A stretch of 59,081 nucleotides of DNA, from positions 1 to 59,081 of the forward strand of contig CAWVYB010000001.1 of the NCBI GenBank assembly GCA_963934215.1, given 5' to 3'. This document shows positions 34,690 to 44,663 of the stretch, one piece after another. The translations under genes and the position numbers were made by a program. Numbering within the stretch: the first letter of the stretch is position 1; each line of letters starts with the position of its first letter. The notes under the pieces were generated by a model, which was not told where the DNA came from, did no database searches, and saw only the letters and a list, made by a program, of their open reading frames with translations. Origin of the DNA: an uncultured Flavobacteriales bacterium. Its GTDB lineage: Bacteria; Bacteroidota; Bacteroidia; Flavobacteriales_D; Sanyastnellaceae.

Positions 34690-35775
34690 TTATCGCAACT
34701 CCACACCGTCGATGAATGCCGCAACTCCTTTCATGAAGACGGTTCGGTCATCCCACATGCAAAGATGGGACCCCGCTTCACACGTCAAGCTTTGTCCGTC
34801 TTGGACCAATCCCGCTTGCCGTTTCATCGCTTGGGGATCCATGGTGTCGTGCGTGGCGCCAACCATGAGCGTGGGCGTTGCGATTTCGCTCAACCGGTCG
34901 GTGATGTCCCAATCGATCAGGCGGCCGCCCACTTTGAATTCGCTGGGACCTTGCATCAAATCGTAGAGGGGATAATTCAAACGGGAGAATGACACTTCGA
35001 CCTCTTCTGGCCATTCACTCAGCCGACAGATGTGCTTGTTGTAGAATTCCCGTTGGACCAAGTCCAGGTAGATTTCGTTTTGAAAATCGCCGGCCTCCTC
35101 ATAGGCATTGAGTGAGTCGACCAGGCTAGAGCGCATTTGAGGTCTGAGCACTTCGCGGTTGTACGCCGCGTATTCCGGAATGCTTGAAACCATGTTGCAC
35201 ACGATCAAGCCGTTGAGGTGCTCTGGATACTTCAAGGCATATTCCATGCCCAGGATGCCTCCCCAGCTATTGCCCAATAAATAGAAATTGGACGCATCGT
35301 ATCCCAAGGCCTGTCGCACTTCCTCCACTTCTTCCACCCACCGGTCGATGTTCCAAATGTCCTCCGTCGGTTGATCACTGAAAAAACTTCCGAGTTGGTC
35401 GTACATCACGACTTCGTATCCATGGTCGGTGGGCAAGTCATAAGCAAGTGACAGCAAGTATTCATGGGTCGCTGCCGGACCGCCGTGTAAGGTGAGGATG
35501 CAGACATCGGGATTCTCGCCAAAAGTCTGTGTAAACACGCTGTATCCATTGGATAGTTCAATCCGTCGCGCGCCCTCCTCGGCCCACTTCGCTTCCCGTT
35601 CTTTCTGCTGTTCGGGAGTAAACTCCATGGCGTATGCGGACGACGTGGCTTCGTCTTTGGAGAGATTGGTTGCATTCGTCTCTTCGGAGTTGGATTGACA
35701 ACTCGAAAGACTCATGAGGGCTACAACCGAGTAACAGGCAGCGGACCACAGGATGGGAGATGAACAGAACTTCAT
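34690..35775 (-). CDS. Alpha/beta hydrolase, proline iminopeptidase family (lipoprotein)
   Basis: Lipobox LMSLSSC(Q). LTLHGGPAATHEYL (HGGPG-like oxyanion motif), nucleophile elbow LLGNSWGG, and a C-terminal ..TLMVGATHDTMD..GSHLCMWDD (catalytic Asp/His region). Confidence 0.85.
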   Translation of the reverse strand: MKFCSSPILWSAACYSVVALMSLSSCQSNSEETNATNLSKDEATSSAYAMEFTPEQQKEREAKWAEEGARRIELSNGYSVFTQTFGENPDVCILTLHGGPAATHEYLLSLAYDLPTDHGYEVVMYDQLGSFFSDQPTEDIWNIDRWVEEVEEVRQALGYDASNFYLLGNSWGGILGMEYALKYPEHLNGLIVCNMVSSIPEYAAYNREVLRPQMRSSLVDSLNAYEEAGDFQNEIYLDLVQREFYNKHICRLSEWPEEVEVSFSRLNYPLYDLMQGPSEFKVGGRLIDWDITDRLSEIATPTLMVGATHDTMDPQAMKRQAGLVQDGQSLTCEAGSHLCMWDDRTVFMKGVAAFIDGVELR

Positions 35776-35973
35776 AAACGGAGATTTAGTGTATTCAAAA
35801 GTGCAACAAAAAAAGGGAGCAATAGTCCTTGTGTGGGTGGGCTCCTGTTCGTGTCATGTGCACTATCCTCCTTGGGTGCTGCTGTGACAGGAAAGCGAAT
35901 GAACCGCTTATTCAGGCGCGATACGTATTCGTGATGGCATCGAATTTGATGTTCCTGACCTTACTCCCTTTCA

Positions 35974-36552
35974 TTAAAACAGGCTGTATTGCACTCCGAC
36001 GGTCGTGTAGATCGCTCCAAAATCCCAAGATGGTACTCCACTTCGCGATTGCGCGATACATTGAGCCTTCAGTGCAAAAGAGGGGAAGATGGGCTTGCTC
36101 ATCGCGATTCCTATGGAGCCGCCAAAGTTCGAAAATCGTCCGCCGGAAGCAGCACCCCACGCACCTGCCACAAGAGGCACTTCCCGCCCTTCCAAAAGGT
36201 ATGCTCCGAGTCGAAGACCCAACAAGGGTGCTGTATCCCCTGAACCCAACGAGCGATCCATACCCAATTGAGCGGGAAAAATGGTGTAGTCGACAATGCC
36301 CATATTGGTGTCATGAGGCGAGAACCGGAGATACGACACATCGAATCGGCCGGACCACGGACCACTTAAATCGAATGCAAGTCCAATCTGTGCGCCAATG
36401 CCTAATTCAACGAGATCGTCCAACCCAAAATTGGGGATCACTGCGGCCGCGCCTATATCCCACATGAGCTTTTGTTTCGATTGGGCATTGGCTTGGGGCA
36501 TTGTTCCCATCAATAAAAAGAGGATGCAAAAGAGAGAGGAGGATGCTTTCAT
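35974..36552 (-). CDS. Small outer-membrane beta-barrel protein (8-strand OmpW/OprF-N-like class)
   Basis: The start is set at MKASSSLFCILFLLMGTMPQANAQ (ATG at 36552). It has Gly/aromatic alternating strands and a C-terminal ...GVQYSLF ending in Phe. The 212-aa plus-strand ORF overlapping it is Arg/Cys-rich and I reject it. Confidence 0.7.
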   Translation of the reverse strand: MKASSSLFCILFLLMGTMPQANAQSKQKLMWDIGAAAVIPNFGLDDLVELGIGAQIGLAFDLSGPWSGRFDVSYLRFSPHDTNMGIVDYTIFPAQLGMDRSLGSGDTAPLLGLRLGAYLLEGREVPLVAGAWGAASGGRFSNFGGSIGIAMSKPIFPSFALKAQCIAQSRSGVPSWDFGAIYTTVGVQYSLF

Positions 36553-36857
36553 GGTCTTTACGAGGTGTTCCTGTGGGCTGTTTCTCCTTGACCTGTTGCT
36601 AGGAAATCCGGAGCAGTATGCTGCAGTGTGTAACAAAGCCGTTTCGAAAAACAAGACAAAGATAAACTGGGATTTCGGTGCATGGATGAACACACACGCT
36701 GCAGTGACAATACACGTTGCTCTTCGTCTCTTTTCTGTAAGGGCTTGAGTCCACGCACTGCGATGAGTGAACTGAAGCGTTTCAGGACTTCTTTTACAGG
36801 ATAGGGAGGTTGTAGGAGGAAATACTTCTTGCACTATACTGCATCTTTAAACGATAA

Positions 36858-39248
36858 ATGTCGAATCAGATGAGGTGTTTCAAGACATTCTTGGCGGTGT
36901 GGTTTATGCTGTTTTTTCAGGCGCCTTTTGCTCTGGGCCAAACGTTCTCAATCCTGCCATACTTGCAGGATGCGTCACCCCATGAAATGGGTGTTTTATG
37001 GGAGACATCTGCTGGAGAGGAATCGATCGTGGAGTGGGGACTCACTGCTGATAATTTAGAAAACACGGCAAGTGGAATTTCATTTTCTCCCGCCGGTACT
37101 GCGTTCATCCATGATGTGAAAATCACGGGTTTAGAGCGTTTCACAACGTATTTCTATCGCGTCAAAACCGGACCGCTGATTTCGGAAGTCTACCGTTTCA
37201 AAACGCCGCCATTTGCCTCTGATGATGAGGACTTCAGATTTGTTGCCATGAGTGACATGCAGCAAAGTGCAGCCAATCCCAATGTGTTTGACGAAATTAT
37301 TCATGAGGGCGTTTTGGATTATCTCCAATCGGAATATGGCGGAGAGCCCACGGATAACCTTGCTTTGGTTTTGATCCCTGGTGACTTAGTGGATTATGGT
37401 GACTCTTATGAGCAATGGCAATCGACCTTCTTTGAACCGGCCGAAGATCTCTTCGCTCAGATTCCGGTTTATCCCGTTCTGGGCAACCACGAGGTCAATA
37501 CGAACTACTACTTTCAATACTTTCATCTTCCTGAAAATGGAACGCCAGGGTTTGAAGAACATTGGTGGTGGAAGGATTATGGTAACGTCCGTTTTGTGGG
37601 ATTGGACTCCAATGCACCATATGATGGAGAGCTGCAGGTCGAGTGGCTGGAGGAGCTGCTCGAAAGCACGTGTGATGCCGACTCCATTGATTTTGTCTTT
37701 GCAGAATTGCACCACCCTTACAAGTCAGAGTTGTGGACGCCAGGAGAGAGCGATTTCACAGGACAGGTCATTGAGCTTTTGGAGGGGTTTACGGAATCAT
37801 GCGGAAAGCCGAGCATTCATTTTTTCGGCCATACGCATGGCTATTCGAGGGGGCAATCCAAGGACCACAAGCATCTGTGGATTAACGTAGCAACAGCTGG
37901 AGGTGCCATTGATTATTGGGGAGATTGGCCGCAATTTGACTACGATGAATTTCAAACGACTACGGATGATTGGGGGTTTGTTCTGGTCGATGTGACCGCT
38001 GGAGAGCAGCCTAGTTTTACCGTCAGTCGTCTCAGTCGAGGAGACAACAGCACTGCTTTGGACAATGTGGTAACCGATCGCTTCACGATTACCAAAGCCG
38101 CGTACGAGGTCACCGCTCCGACACCCATTTCCATCGTGGATCAAGAAGTCCCGCCCGAGTGTGTCTTCCTATCGAGCAGTCCCTTTGAAGGCGCTGCAGA
38201 TCAACACGGTGAGACGGAATGGCAGGTTTCGGAGATAGAAGAAGATTTCAGTCAACCTGTGGCGAGTATATGGGAGCGCTTTGAGAACATTTATTTCAAT
38301 GAAGACACGCAAGAAGGGGCCTCGATCACCGATGAGCAGATTTTAGGGCTCAGTGAAAACACATCGTTTTGGTGGCGCGTTCGATACCGTGACAAGGAAT
38401 TAAATTGGAGTGATTGGTCTGTGCCCGCTGCTTTTTCAACCGGCGAGTCAGGTTACAGCCAAAACCTGCTTCGAAACCCGGGGTCTGAAACCGAGCTCGT
38501 GAATTGGGTCATTGACGAAGGAATTGTTGAGTCACAACTTGCAGGAGATTGCGCGGGAACCAACCCATACTCGGGCGATCGATATTTCGCCGTAGGCGGC
38601 TTGTGCACGGAAAGTGCCGTTGGGCGAATGCATCAGGATGTTGATGTCACTGCCTATGCAGATTCCATTGATGCGGGTGGCCAAATCGTTCGGTATGGTG
38701 CGATGATGTCCAACTGGAATGGTTCGGACCTTCCTGAAATGAGGCTCTCGTTTTATTCCTCCAATGGAGAAACTCTTGGTACCACAGCATATCTGCCAGG
38801 CAACTATACGACTTGGACGCTGGTGAGTGAATCAATTGAAATACCACTCCTCACGAGAATGATTCGAAGCGAGCTACGTGGGACGCGATATGCTGGGACA
38901 GACAACGACAGCTATGTCGATGATGTTTTTGTGCAAATAGGATCAGAGAGTGCTTGTGATCCTTCCACCTCCGGTGTCAACGACTCGTCGTATGCCCGGG
39001 TGCCTACAAAGTTGATCGCCTACCCAAATCCAGGGATAGACGCGGTGTTTTTGGATTTTAAATTCGAGGCAAGTGACGCTATCGTTGTGCGCGTGTCGGA
39101 CGCTCAGGGCCGTAAGATTCAGCCATCAATGGAACTCCAATCAAACAAAATCATCCTCTACCGTGGCAGCCTTCCGAGGGGCATGTACTACGTTTCGGTT
39201 ATTGGTCAAAATGGATCGCTTGCGACGTCGACCATCATCTTTGAATAG
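36858..39248 (+). CDS. T9SS-secreted calcineurin-like metallophosphoesterase (purple-acid-phosphatase-like N-domain plus catalytic domain), a galactose-binding-like domain, and a T9SS C-terminal sorting domain
   Basis: PAP-N: VLWETSAGEESIVEWG...TTYFYRV. Metallophosphoesterase motifs FRFVAMSDMQ, IPGDLVDYG, VLGNHE, FAELHHP, FFGHTHGYSRG. Sorting domain LIAYPNPGIDAVFLDF..GMYYVSVIGQNGS..TIIFE. Confidence 0.85.
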   Translation: MSNQMRCFKTFLAVWFMLFFQAPFALGQTFSILPYLQDASPHEMGVLWETSAGEESIVEWGLTADNLENTASGISFSPAGTAFIHDVKITGLERFTTYFYRVKTGPLISEVYRFKTPPFASDDEDFRFVAMSDMQQSAANPNVFDEIIHEGVLDYLQSEYGGEPTDNLALVLIPGDLVDYGDSYEQWQSTFFEPAEDLFAQIPVYPVLGNHEVNTNYYFQYFHLPENGTPGFEEHWWWKDYGNVRFVGLDSNAPYDGELQVEWLEELLESTCDADSIDFVFAELHHPYKSELWTPGESDFTGQVIELLEGFTESCGKPSIHFFGHTHGYSRGQSKDHKHLWINVATAGGAIDYWGDWPQFDYDEFQTTTDDWGFVLVDVTAGEQPSFTVSRLSRGDNSTALDNVVTDRFTITKAAYEVTAPTPISIVDQEVPPECVFLSSSPFEGAADQHGETEWQVSEIEEDFSQPVASIWERFENIYFNEDTQEGASITDEQILGLSENTSFWWRVRYRDKELNWSDWSVPAAFSTGESGYSQNLLRNPGSETELVNWVIDEGIVESQLAGDCAGTNPYSGDRYFAVGGLCTESAVGRMHQDVDVTAYADSIDAGGQIVRYGAMMSNWNGSDLPEMRLSFYSSNGETLGTTAYLPGNYTTWTLVSESIEIPLLTRMIRSELRGTRYAGTDNDSYVDDVFVQIGSESACDPSTSGVNDSSYARVPTKLIAYPNPGIDAVFLDFKFEASDAIVVRVSDAQGRKIQPSMELQSNKIILYRGSLPRGMYYVSVIGQNGSLATSTIIFE

Positions 39249-39355
39249 ACCCCTGACAGGGCATGATCTCGAAGTAAGATTCGTCTTGTTTGGCATGTCT
39301 AATAAGAGGATGCCGCCTACAAATGATTCAGTGAAAACTGAATTACCTTGGTCTA

Positions 39356-40411
39356 GTGAAATTACCCCTGTTGGCCCTTCTCATTGTTGGTGTTTTGTTT
39401 CCACTGTCTGCGCAGACGCTAGATGATCTTGAATTCGGTTCGCCCGAACGCTTGGAAATAGCGACATGGAATATCGAATGGTTCCCCAAAGACGGCGCCA
39501 CAACGGTCAATGCCGTTCATCAGATTATTGAGAATTTGGAAATCGATTTGTGGGCCATCCAAGAAATTGATGATACCACGGCGTTCAAGAACATGGTGGA
39601 TGGGATGGAGAGCTATGAGTACATCTTGATGAATGGATGGTTTGGTGGCCTGGTTTATGTCTACAACACCAATCAAATTGTCGTCTTAGATGCCTATGAG
39701 ATTTACACGGAATCTCCGTTTTGGAGCCCGTTGCCACGCTCCCCATTGGTTCTTCGTTTTGCATACAATGGCGAAGTTTTCAATGCCATCAACAACCACT
39801 TTAAGTGCTGTGGCGATGGGACGATTGATTGGTCCGATGATGGAGACGAGGAAATGCGCAGGCTGGAGGCGTGTGTGCTGATTGAGTCATACATCAGTGA
39901 GTATTTGGAATTAGAACGGGTCATCCTACTCGGTGATTTAAATGACCTCATTGCTGAAGCGCCATCCAGCAATGTTTTTCAACCTTTCTTGGATGTGCCT
40001 GAGGCATATCTTTTTGTTGATATGCCTATCGCAGAAGGTCCCAATTCGGATTGGTCTTTTCCTGGATGGCCCTCTCATTTGGATCACATCATGATTACCG
40101 ATGAACTGTTTAGCGATTTCAGTGCGGCTCAAACGGTCGTGACCACCCTTGATATTGCGGCGCACATGCCTGGAGGTTGGTCCGAGTATGACCAGACTGT
40201 GAGTGATCATCGTCCTGTGGTAATGAGTATTGTGCCTTCGCCGCTTGGGAATGTGCAACTGGGGCCACAGCATCTGCAATCAGAAGTGATGTTTGTTACG
40301 GATATGCTCGGCCGCGAGTGCTTCTATGCTCCCGGTAAATTGTTGCTCTATCACTTTCAAGATGGAACCACCGAAAAGCATTGGAGTTTGGCGCCTTGGG
40401 CTCCGGAATAA
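39356..40411 (+). CDS. Secreted endonuclease/exonuclease/phosphatase (EEP) family protein (GTG start)
   Basis: Signal peptide (M)KLPLLALLIVGVLFPLSAQ. LEIATWNIEWFPKDG, DLWAIQEI, VILLGDLND, SDHRPV. Confidence 0.85.
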   Translation: MKLPLLALLIVGVLFPLSAQTLDDLEFGSPERLEIATWNIEWFPKDGATTVNAVHQIIENLEIDLWAIQEIDDTTAFKNMVDGMESYEYILMNGWFGGLVYVYNTNQIVVLDAYEIYTESPFWSPLPRSPLVLRFAYNGEVFNAINNHFKCCGDGTIDWSDDGDEEMRRLEACVLIESYISEYLELERVILLGDLNDLIAEAPSSNVFQPFLDVPEAYLFVDMPIAEGPNSDWSFPGWPSHLDHIMITDELFSDFSAAQTVVTTLDIAAHMPGGWSEYDQTVSDHRPVVMSIVPSPLGNVQLGPQHLQSEVMFVTDMLGRECFYAPGKLLLYHFQDGTTEKHWSLAPWAPE

Positions 40412-40511
40412 TGAGGGGTGTTATAGAGTTTTCGTTCTAAATATGTATCCATTGAAATAAGAAAGGGGTATCTCCGTTGTTTGAGTGTATTCAACTCAAA
40501 ATCATCAATCA

Positions 40512-40745
40512 ATGGGCATATTTAGCGGGTTTACAAAGAGCGCCGGAGGTACGGAGGAAAACAAAAGCCACGGGGGAGATTCAGATGAATACGATGACTT
40601 TGATGACCTTACAGAAAAGGAGCTCCTTCAGATGATGGCATTGGACACCTATCGAACGGCCAAAAATGTGGCGTTCTTTTTTTGGGCTGGGCTATTTGTA
40701 TTGGCCATTTGGGCGTTGAATGCATTGGGGATTTTAGCATTTTAA
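40512..40745 (+). CDS. Small tail-anchored hypothetical protein (77 aa): acidic N-terminus and a C-terminal TM helix
   Basis: ATG at 40512 (MGIFSGFTKS..). The C-terminus FFFWAGLFVLAIWALNALGILAF is hydrophobic. I recognise no homology. Confidence 0.4.
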   Translation: MGIFSGFTKSAGGTEENKSHGGDSDEYDDFDDLTEKELLQMMALDTYRTAKNVAFFFWAGLFVLAIWALNALGILAF

Positions 40746-41074
40746 GGCTGTAGACACATTGAAATTCACTTCATCGCTGTCGAGAACTCGGAATGCCGCG
40801 TGGTTTGTTCGGCTATTGAATCGTTGGTTAAGCCAATACTAAAAGCGAAATGCCTCTTGATTAAAACGCCTAGAATAGCAGCGTGTCAATCGTTTTTTGC
40901 TGTCTAAAACGCGGTATCAACAGGGAGTCGGTTAGTCTTGAAATCCTTGTCTTGAAACATGGATTTAAATGAGTTAAAAACTATGTTTATCAGTGATTTA
41001 AGTTCTGTTTTTCGCATTGAATTTCGTATCTTAATAGAACCAATTCAATGACGAAAACCTGAAGCAGATCAACC

Positions 41075-41503
41075 ATGGAAGACACAAAAAAATTACAAGA
41101 ACAGCGCATGTATTTTCAGCAAATGAATGCAGCCATTGCAGAAGATGAGTTGCAAGAGTTTCTGGATGAATACAGCGAAGTATTGAAGGATGTCGGATTG
41201 ATGAAACACCTGATTGGAAGCGCCTATACCACCCCTTTTCACTACTCGCGTTCTTCGGTGGATGCCTATCTCATCAATGCGACTGATCAGTTGATTTATA
41301 TCATCGAAGCGGATGGTGATTTTGCAGATTCCGATATGGGTGGAATGACCGTTCTCGATCGGAATGCATCCATTCCTGATTTGATCGATGACTTCAAGTC
41401 AAAATGCAACGATGTTTACCTCATGGATGGAGATTTCTCCGTGGATCAATTGGAGGAGGCTGGTAGCTCATTGGACTTTACTGAGCAGGGTCGAGATAGT
41501 TAG
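41075..41503 (+). CDS. Hypothetical acidic cytoplasmic protein (142 aa)
   Basis: An ORF with an ATG start that is Asp/Glu-rich. I recognise no motif. Confidence 0.45.
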   Translation: MEDTKKLQEQRMYFQQMNAAIAEDELQEFLDEYSEVLKDVGLMKHLIGSAYTTPFHYSRSSVDAYLINATDQLIYIIEADGDFADSDMGGMTVLDRNASIPDLIDDFKSKCNDVYLMDGDFSVDQLEEAGSSLDFTEQGRDS

Positions 41504-41579
41504 ATTTGAAGCTGCAAAAGGCTTTGGGCGGTGATTGTTTTCCATCGAGGGGATGTCATTTGATGGCTAACTTTCGCCC

Positions 41580-42785
41580 ATGAGAAAGAAGATTGTGCTG
41601 CTCGGATCTGGTGAACTGGGCAAGGAGTTGGTGATCGCGTTGCAGCGTTTAGGGCAACACGTGATCGCCGTTGATGCGTATGCGAATGCTCCGGCCATGC
41701 AGGTCGCTCAGGAATGCGAAGTGATCAACATGCTGGACGGCGATGCGCTTGATGCCATTGTAGCGAAACACCAACCCGATATCATCATTCCTGAAGTGGA
41801 GTCTATCCGTACCGAACGGTTCTACGCGTATGAAGAACAAGGAATCCAGGTCGTCCCGTCCGCACGAGCAGCGCATTTCACCATGAACCGGCGGGCCATT
41901 CGTGATTTAGCCGCCCAGGAATTAGACCTCAAAACAGCGCCCTATCGCTATGCACGCTCCCTTGAACAGCTGACGGAAGGTGTTGAGGCCGTGGGCATGC
42001 CATGCGTAGTCAAGCCGCTCATGTCAAGCTCGGGCAAGGGCCAGTCCGTGATCCGCAGTGCAGCCGATGTGCACAAGGCATGGGAGTACGGATTGGACGG
42101 ATCTCGAGGGGATTTGGAAGAGGTGATCGTCGAGTCTTTCATCGATTTCGACTATGAGATCACGCTGCTGACACTCAGTCAGGCGAATGGCCAGACGTTG
42201 TTCTGCCCGCCGATTGGCCACCGCCAGGAGCGAGGGGATTACCAGGAGAGTTGGCAGCCCGCAGCGATGGCGCCGGAGTTGTTGCTCGAGGCGCAACACA
42301 TGGCTGGAGCGGTCACAGCCTCGCTCGGTGGAAATGGCATCTGGGGCGTTGAGTTTTTCATCAAGAACGGTCAGGATGGCCAGCCTGGAACGGTCTATTT
42401 TTCTGAACTCTCACCCCGCCCGCATGATACGGGCATGGTCACACTGGGCCGGACCCAGAACTTTTCAGAATTCGAGTTGCATGCCCGCGCGGTATTGGGG
42501 ATTCCTGTATTGGAGATTGAGCATCTGCGCAATGGTGCGAGTGCAGTCATTCTTGCTCCTGAAACTGTTGCGGCTGAAAGCGCTCATCATGGATTTCCGG
42601 TGTTTACAGGTCTCGCGGAAGCCGCGGCGATTCCCTGCACAGATTTCCGCCTGTTTTCCAAACCCACAGTCCGTCCTTACCGACGCATGGCGGTGGCGTT
42701 GGCTTTCGGTGAGAAGGGATCGGATGGGTCTGACTTGGTGATTCAGGCCCAACGCGTATCGGCAATCATTCAGGTCAAGGCCTGA
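41580..42785 (+). CDS. purT: Formate-dependent phosphoribosylglycinamide formyltransferase (GAR transformylase 2)
   Basis: Collinear with E. coli PurT as I remember it: [77 protein letters not shown]. Confidence 0.95.
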   Translation: MRKKIVLLGSGELGKELVIALQRLGQHVIAVDAYANAPAMQVAQECEVINMLDGDALDAIVAKHQPDIIIPEVESIRTERFYAYEEQGIQVVPSARAAHFTMNRRAIRDLAAQELDLKTAPYRYARSLEQLTEGVEAVGMPCVVKPLMSSSGKGQSVIRSAADVHKAWEYGLDGSRGDLEEVIVESFIDFDYEITLLTLSQANGQTLFCPPIGHRQERGDYQESWQPAAMAPELLLEAQHMAGAVTASLGGNGIWGVEFFIKNGQDGQPGTVYFSELSPRPHDTGMVTLGRTQNFSEFELHARAVLGIPVLEIEHLRNGASAVILAPETVAAESAHHGFPVFTGLAEAAAIPCTDFRLFSKPTVRPYRRMAVALAFGEKGSDGSDLVIQAQRVSAIIQVKA

Positions 42786-43025
42786 CGATCGCGGGGGGTG
42801 CTCTGAAGATGGGTGGGGCTTTTCCGAAATGATCTTGAATTTTATTGAGCCAGGTGATTGGATGATGACAGATTCGGGGCTCGAGCCTCTGACTGATGAG
42901 AATAGTAACGAATAGGTTGGATGGAGATTGAAGCTGTGAGGTCCTGTTAGTTCCGCTTGCCTGTCATCGTCAATATCCCGATTGTTCGTCATTAAAGATT
43001 TCGTTGGTTTTCAGGGCCTGTATAT

Positions 43026-43033
43026 TAGTTTTG
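43026..43033 (+). promoter_or_regulatory. Candidate -7 promoter box (TAGTTTTG) for the 43054 gene
   Basis: An exact TAnnTTTG match, 21 nt upstream of the ATG at 43054. Confidence 0.35.
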
Positions 43034-43053
43034 TCCCATAACATAATTTTTTA

Positions 43054-44649
43054 ATGATGAGAACAATACAGTATAAAATGGTCTTAAACGCGGTGCTTTC
43101 ATTCGCACTCTTGGTGGTCGCCCCTTCCTCTCTATGGAGCCAGTGCATGGATGAAATAGCATGCAATTACGATCCTGAAGGCACGGACCCTTGCAATTTC
43201 AGCGCATCCGATGAAGACTTGAGTCAGGGGATGTTGTTGGGAATTCCTTTTGGTCAATCGTATCTGGACACGACTGCTACATGTGCCGTGCAGCCGCTCA
43301 ATGATCTTCAGGTTCAAATGGAAGAAAATGATGCGGGCTACTTGGTCTTTGTCATTGACGACAGCGTTTATGAGTACTTCGCTTGGGCAGTCAATTCAGG
43401 TGCGGCTTCTCAAGAAGAAGCAGACCAATTTATTGGACTGATGACCTACTCAACCTTTGCTTTTTGCGGCAATGAAATGGACGCTGTCATACCGGGTATT
43501 GGAGTGGTGATGGACACGTACGAGAACGGATACTGGTATCTCGGCGATATGATTCAGTACTATGTTTCGCCAATTGCGAATGCTTCGTTGGGCTGCGGTG
43601 ATGTTGAAGCGGATAACTTCGATATCTGTGCCATTCCGGACAATGCTGCTTGCACATATCCTCCTGTTTTCTGTGATGATCCATTGGCCTGTAATTTCGA
43701 AGAAAGTTCTGAAGGCACTCAGGATTGCGTGTATTTCGATACAGACAACTTCACACTTGACGAAAATGATTTTATCGGGTTGTACGAATTTGAAGATTGT
43801 GAAAGTGGGTATGCAGGATGGAATGATTTGCCCACACCGCTGACGCAGGATAGTACTGGCGGACCGCTTTATTTTATGTTATTTCCACTTGTTGAACAAA
43901 CCCTCATCGCAGGTGGATTCCAAGTTCTCGTAGATGACCTCCAAACGTTGACATTGAGTGTTTGTGGGGATACCATGAACTACAATTCAGATATCGCTGG
44001 AGACATCGATTTCTTGTGGGATGGAACTGGTTTTTTAAATACATTTTACGGCGGATACATCGCTCCAGAAAGTTCTTTTCCGGAAGCATGTCCAGATCCC
44101 AATGCGTGCAATTTCAACGCCTGCTCCAATCCATTCACAACGGAGCTGTGTGAATACGTCGAGGCGGGTGTGATTGTTGGCGATACACTCGTGTCCAATG
44201 GAGCCACCTATACGTATGTGTATGAGGGAGGACAAGAAGGTTCATCCTTTGTGTTTTATTCGTCCTGCGGAGTATTTGAACAGGATGGTAGCAACACGGC
44301 AATCCTGGTGTTTGATTTCCCGCAAGACTGCGAATTGTGTGTGGAGGAAACAACAGCCGACGGATGCAGTACCATTGCTTGTCAGACTCTGACGCCATCC
44401 TCAACGGGTGTTTCAGAGGTTGAAAATGCAGCGTGGCAATTGACGCCGAACCCTGCGAGCAATCAGGTGACCGTAAATTGGTCGGGTGTGGCTTCAGCTT
44501 GGGTCATTTATGACCAACAAGGCCGTGAGGTGCGACGTCTTACTTTAAATACGGGAATGACATCGCTCGACGTGAGCGACCTGGCCACAGGCCAATACCT
44601 GATGGGTCCGATCAACGGAACCAAGCAGCGTCTATCGATCGTTCATTAA
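43054..44649 (+). CDS. T9SS-secreted protein built from four Cys-knot (C-x-D-x-x-A-C-N-[YF]) modules, each followed by a ~100-aa domain; T9SS C-terminal sorting domain
   Basis: Signal peptide ..LSFALLVVAPSSLWSQ. Modules: CMDEIACNYDPEGTDPCNF, CGDVEADNFDICAIPDNAACTY, CDDPLACNFEESSEGTQDCVY, CPDPNACNFNACSNPFTTELCEY. Sorting domain WQLTPNPASNQVTVNW..GQYLMGPINGTKQRLSIVH. Confidence 0.85.
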   Translation: MMRTIQYKMVLNAVLSFALLVVAPSSLWSQCMDEIACNYDPEGTDPCNFSASDEDLSQGMLLGIPFGQSYLDTTATCAVQPLNDLQVQMEENDAGYLVFVIDDSVYEYFAWAVNSGAASQEEADQFIGLMTYSTFAFCGNEMDAVIPGIGVVMDTYENGYWYLGDMIQYYVSPIANASLGCGDVEADNFDICAIPDNAACTYPPVFCDDPLACNFEESSEGTQDCVYFDTDNFTLDENDFIGLYEFEDCESGYAGWNDLPTPLTQDSTGGPLYFMLFPLVEQTLIAGGFQVLVDDLQTLTLSVCGDTMNYNSDIAGDIDFLWDGTGFLNTFYGGYIAPESSFPEACPDPNACNFNACSNPFTTELCEYVEAGVIVGDTLVSNGATYTYVYEGGQEGSSFVFYSSCGVFEQDGSNTAILVFDFPQDCELCVEETTADGCSTIACQTLTPSSTGVSEVENAAWQLTPNPASNQVTVNWSGVASAWVIYDQQGREVRRLTLNTGMTSLDVSDLATGQYLMGPINGTKQRLSIVH

Positions 44650-44663
44650 GAAACTGATGTATC

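Noticed and set aside
34252-34992. A 246-aa plus-strand ORF spanning the TspO 3' half and the iminopeptidase 3' end.
   Set aside because: It overlaps two well-supported genes (TspO in another frame, the hydrolase on the opposite strand). Its composition is Arg/His/Gly-rich with no recognisable domain.
35829-36467. A 212-aa plus-strand ORF opposite the small OMP gene.
   Set aside because: The minus-strand product has a clean signal peptide, beta-barrel periodicity and a C-terminal Phe. The plus-strand product is Arg/Cys-rich with no features.
40746-41074. I searched this and the other long intergenic regions (48093..48449, 55148..55503, 53962..54127) for tRNA, tmRNA or riboswitch-like elements.
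   Set aside because: I found no cloverleaf-compatible stems, no GTTCGAATC-type T-loop and no recognisable riboswitch core by eye. This cannot be excluded without an Rfam/Infernal scan.
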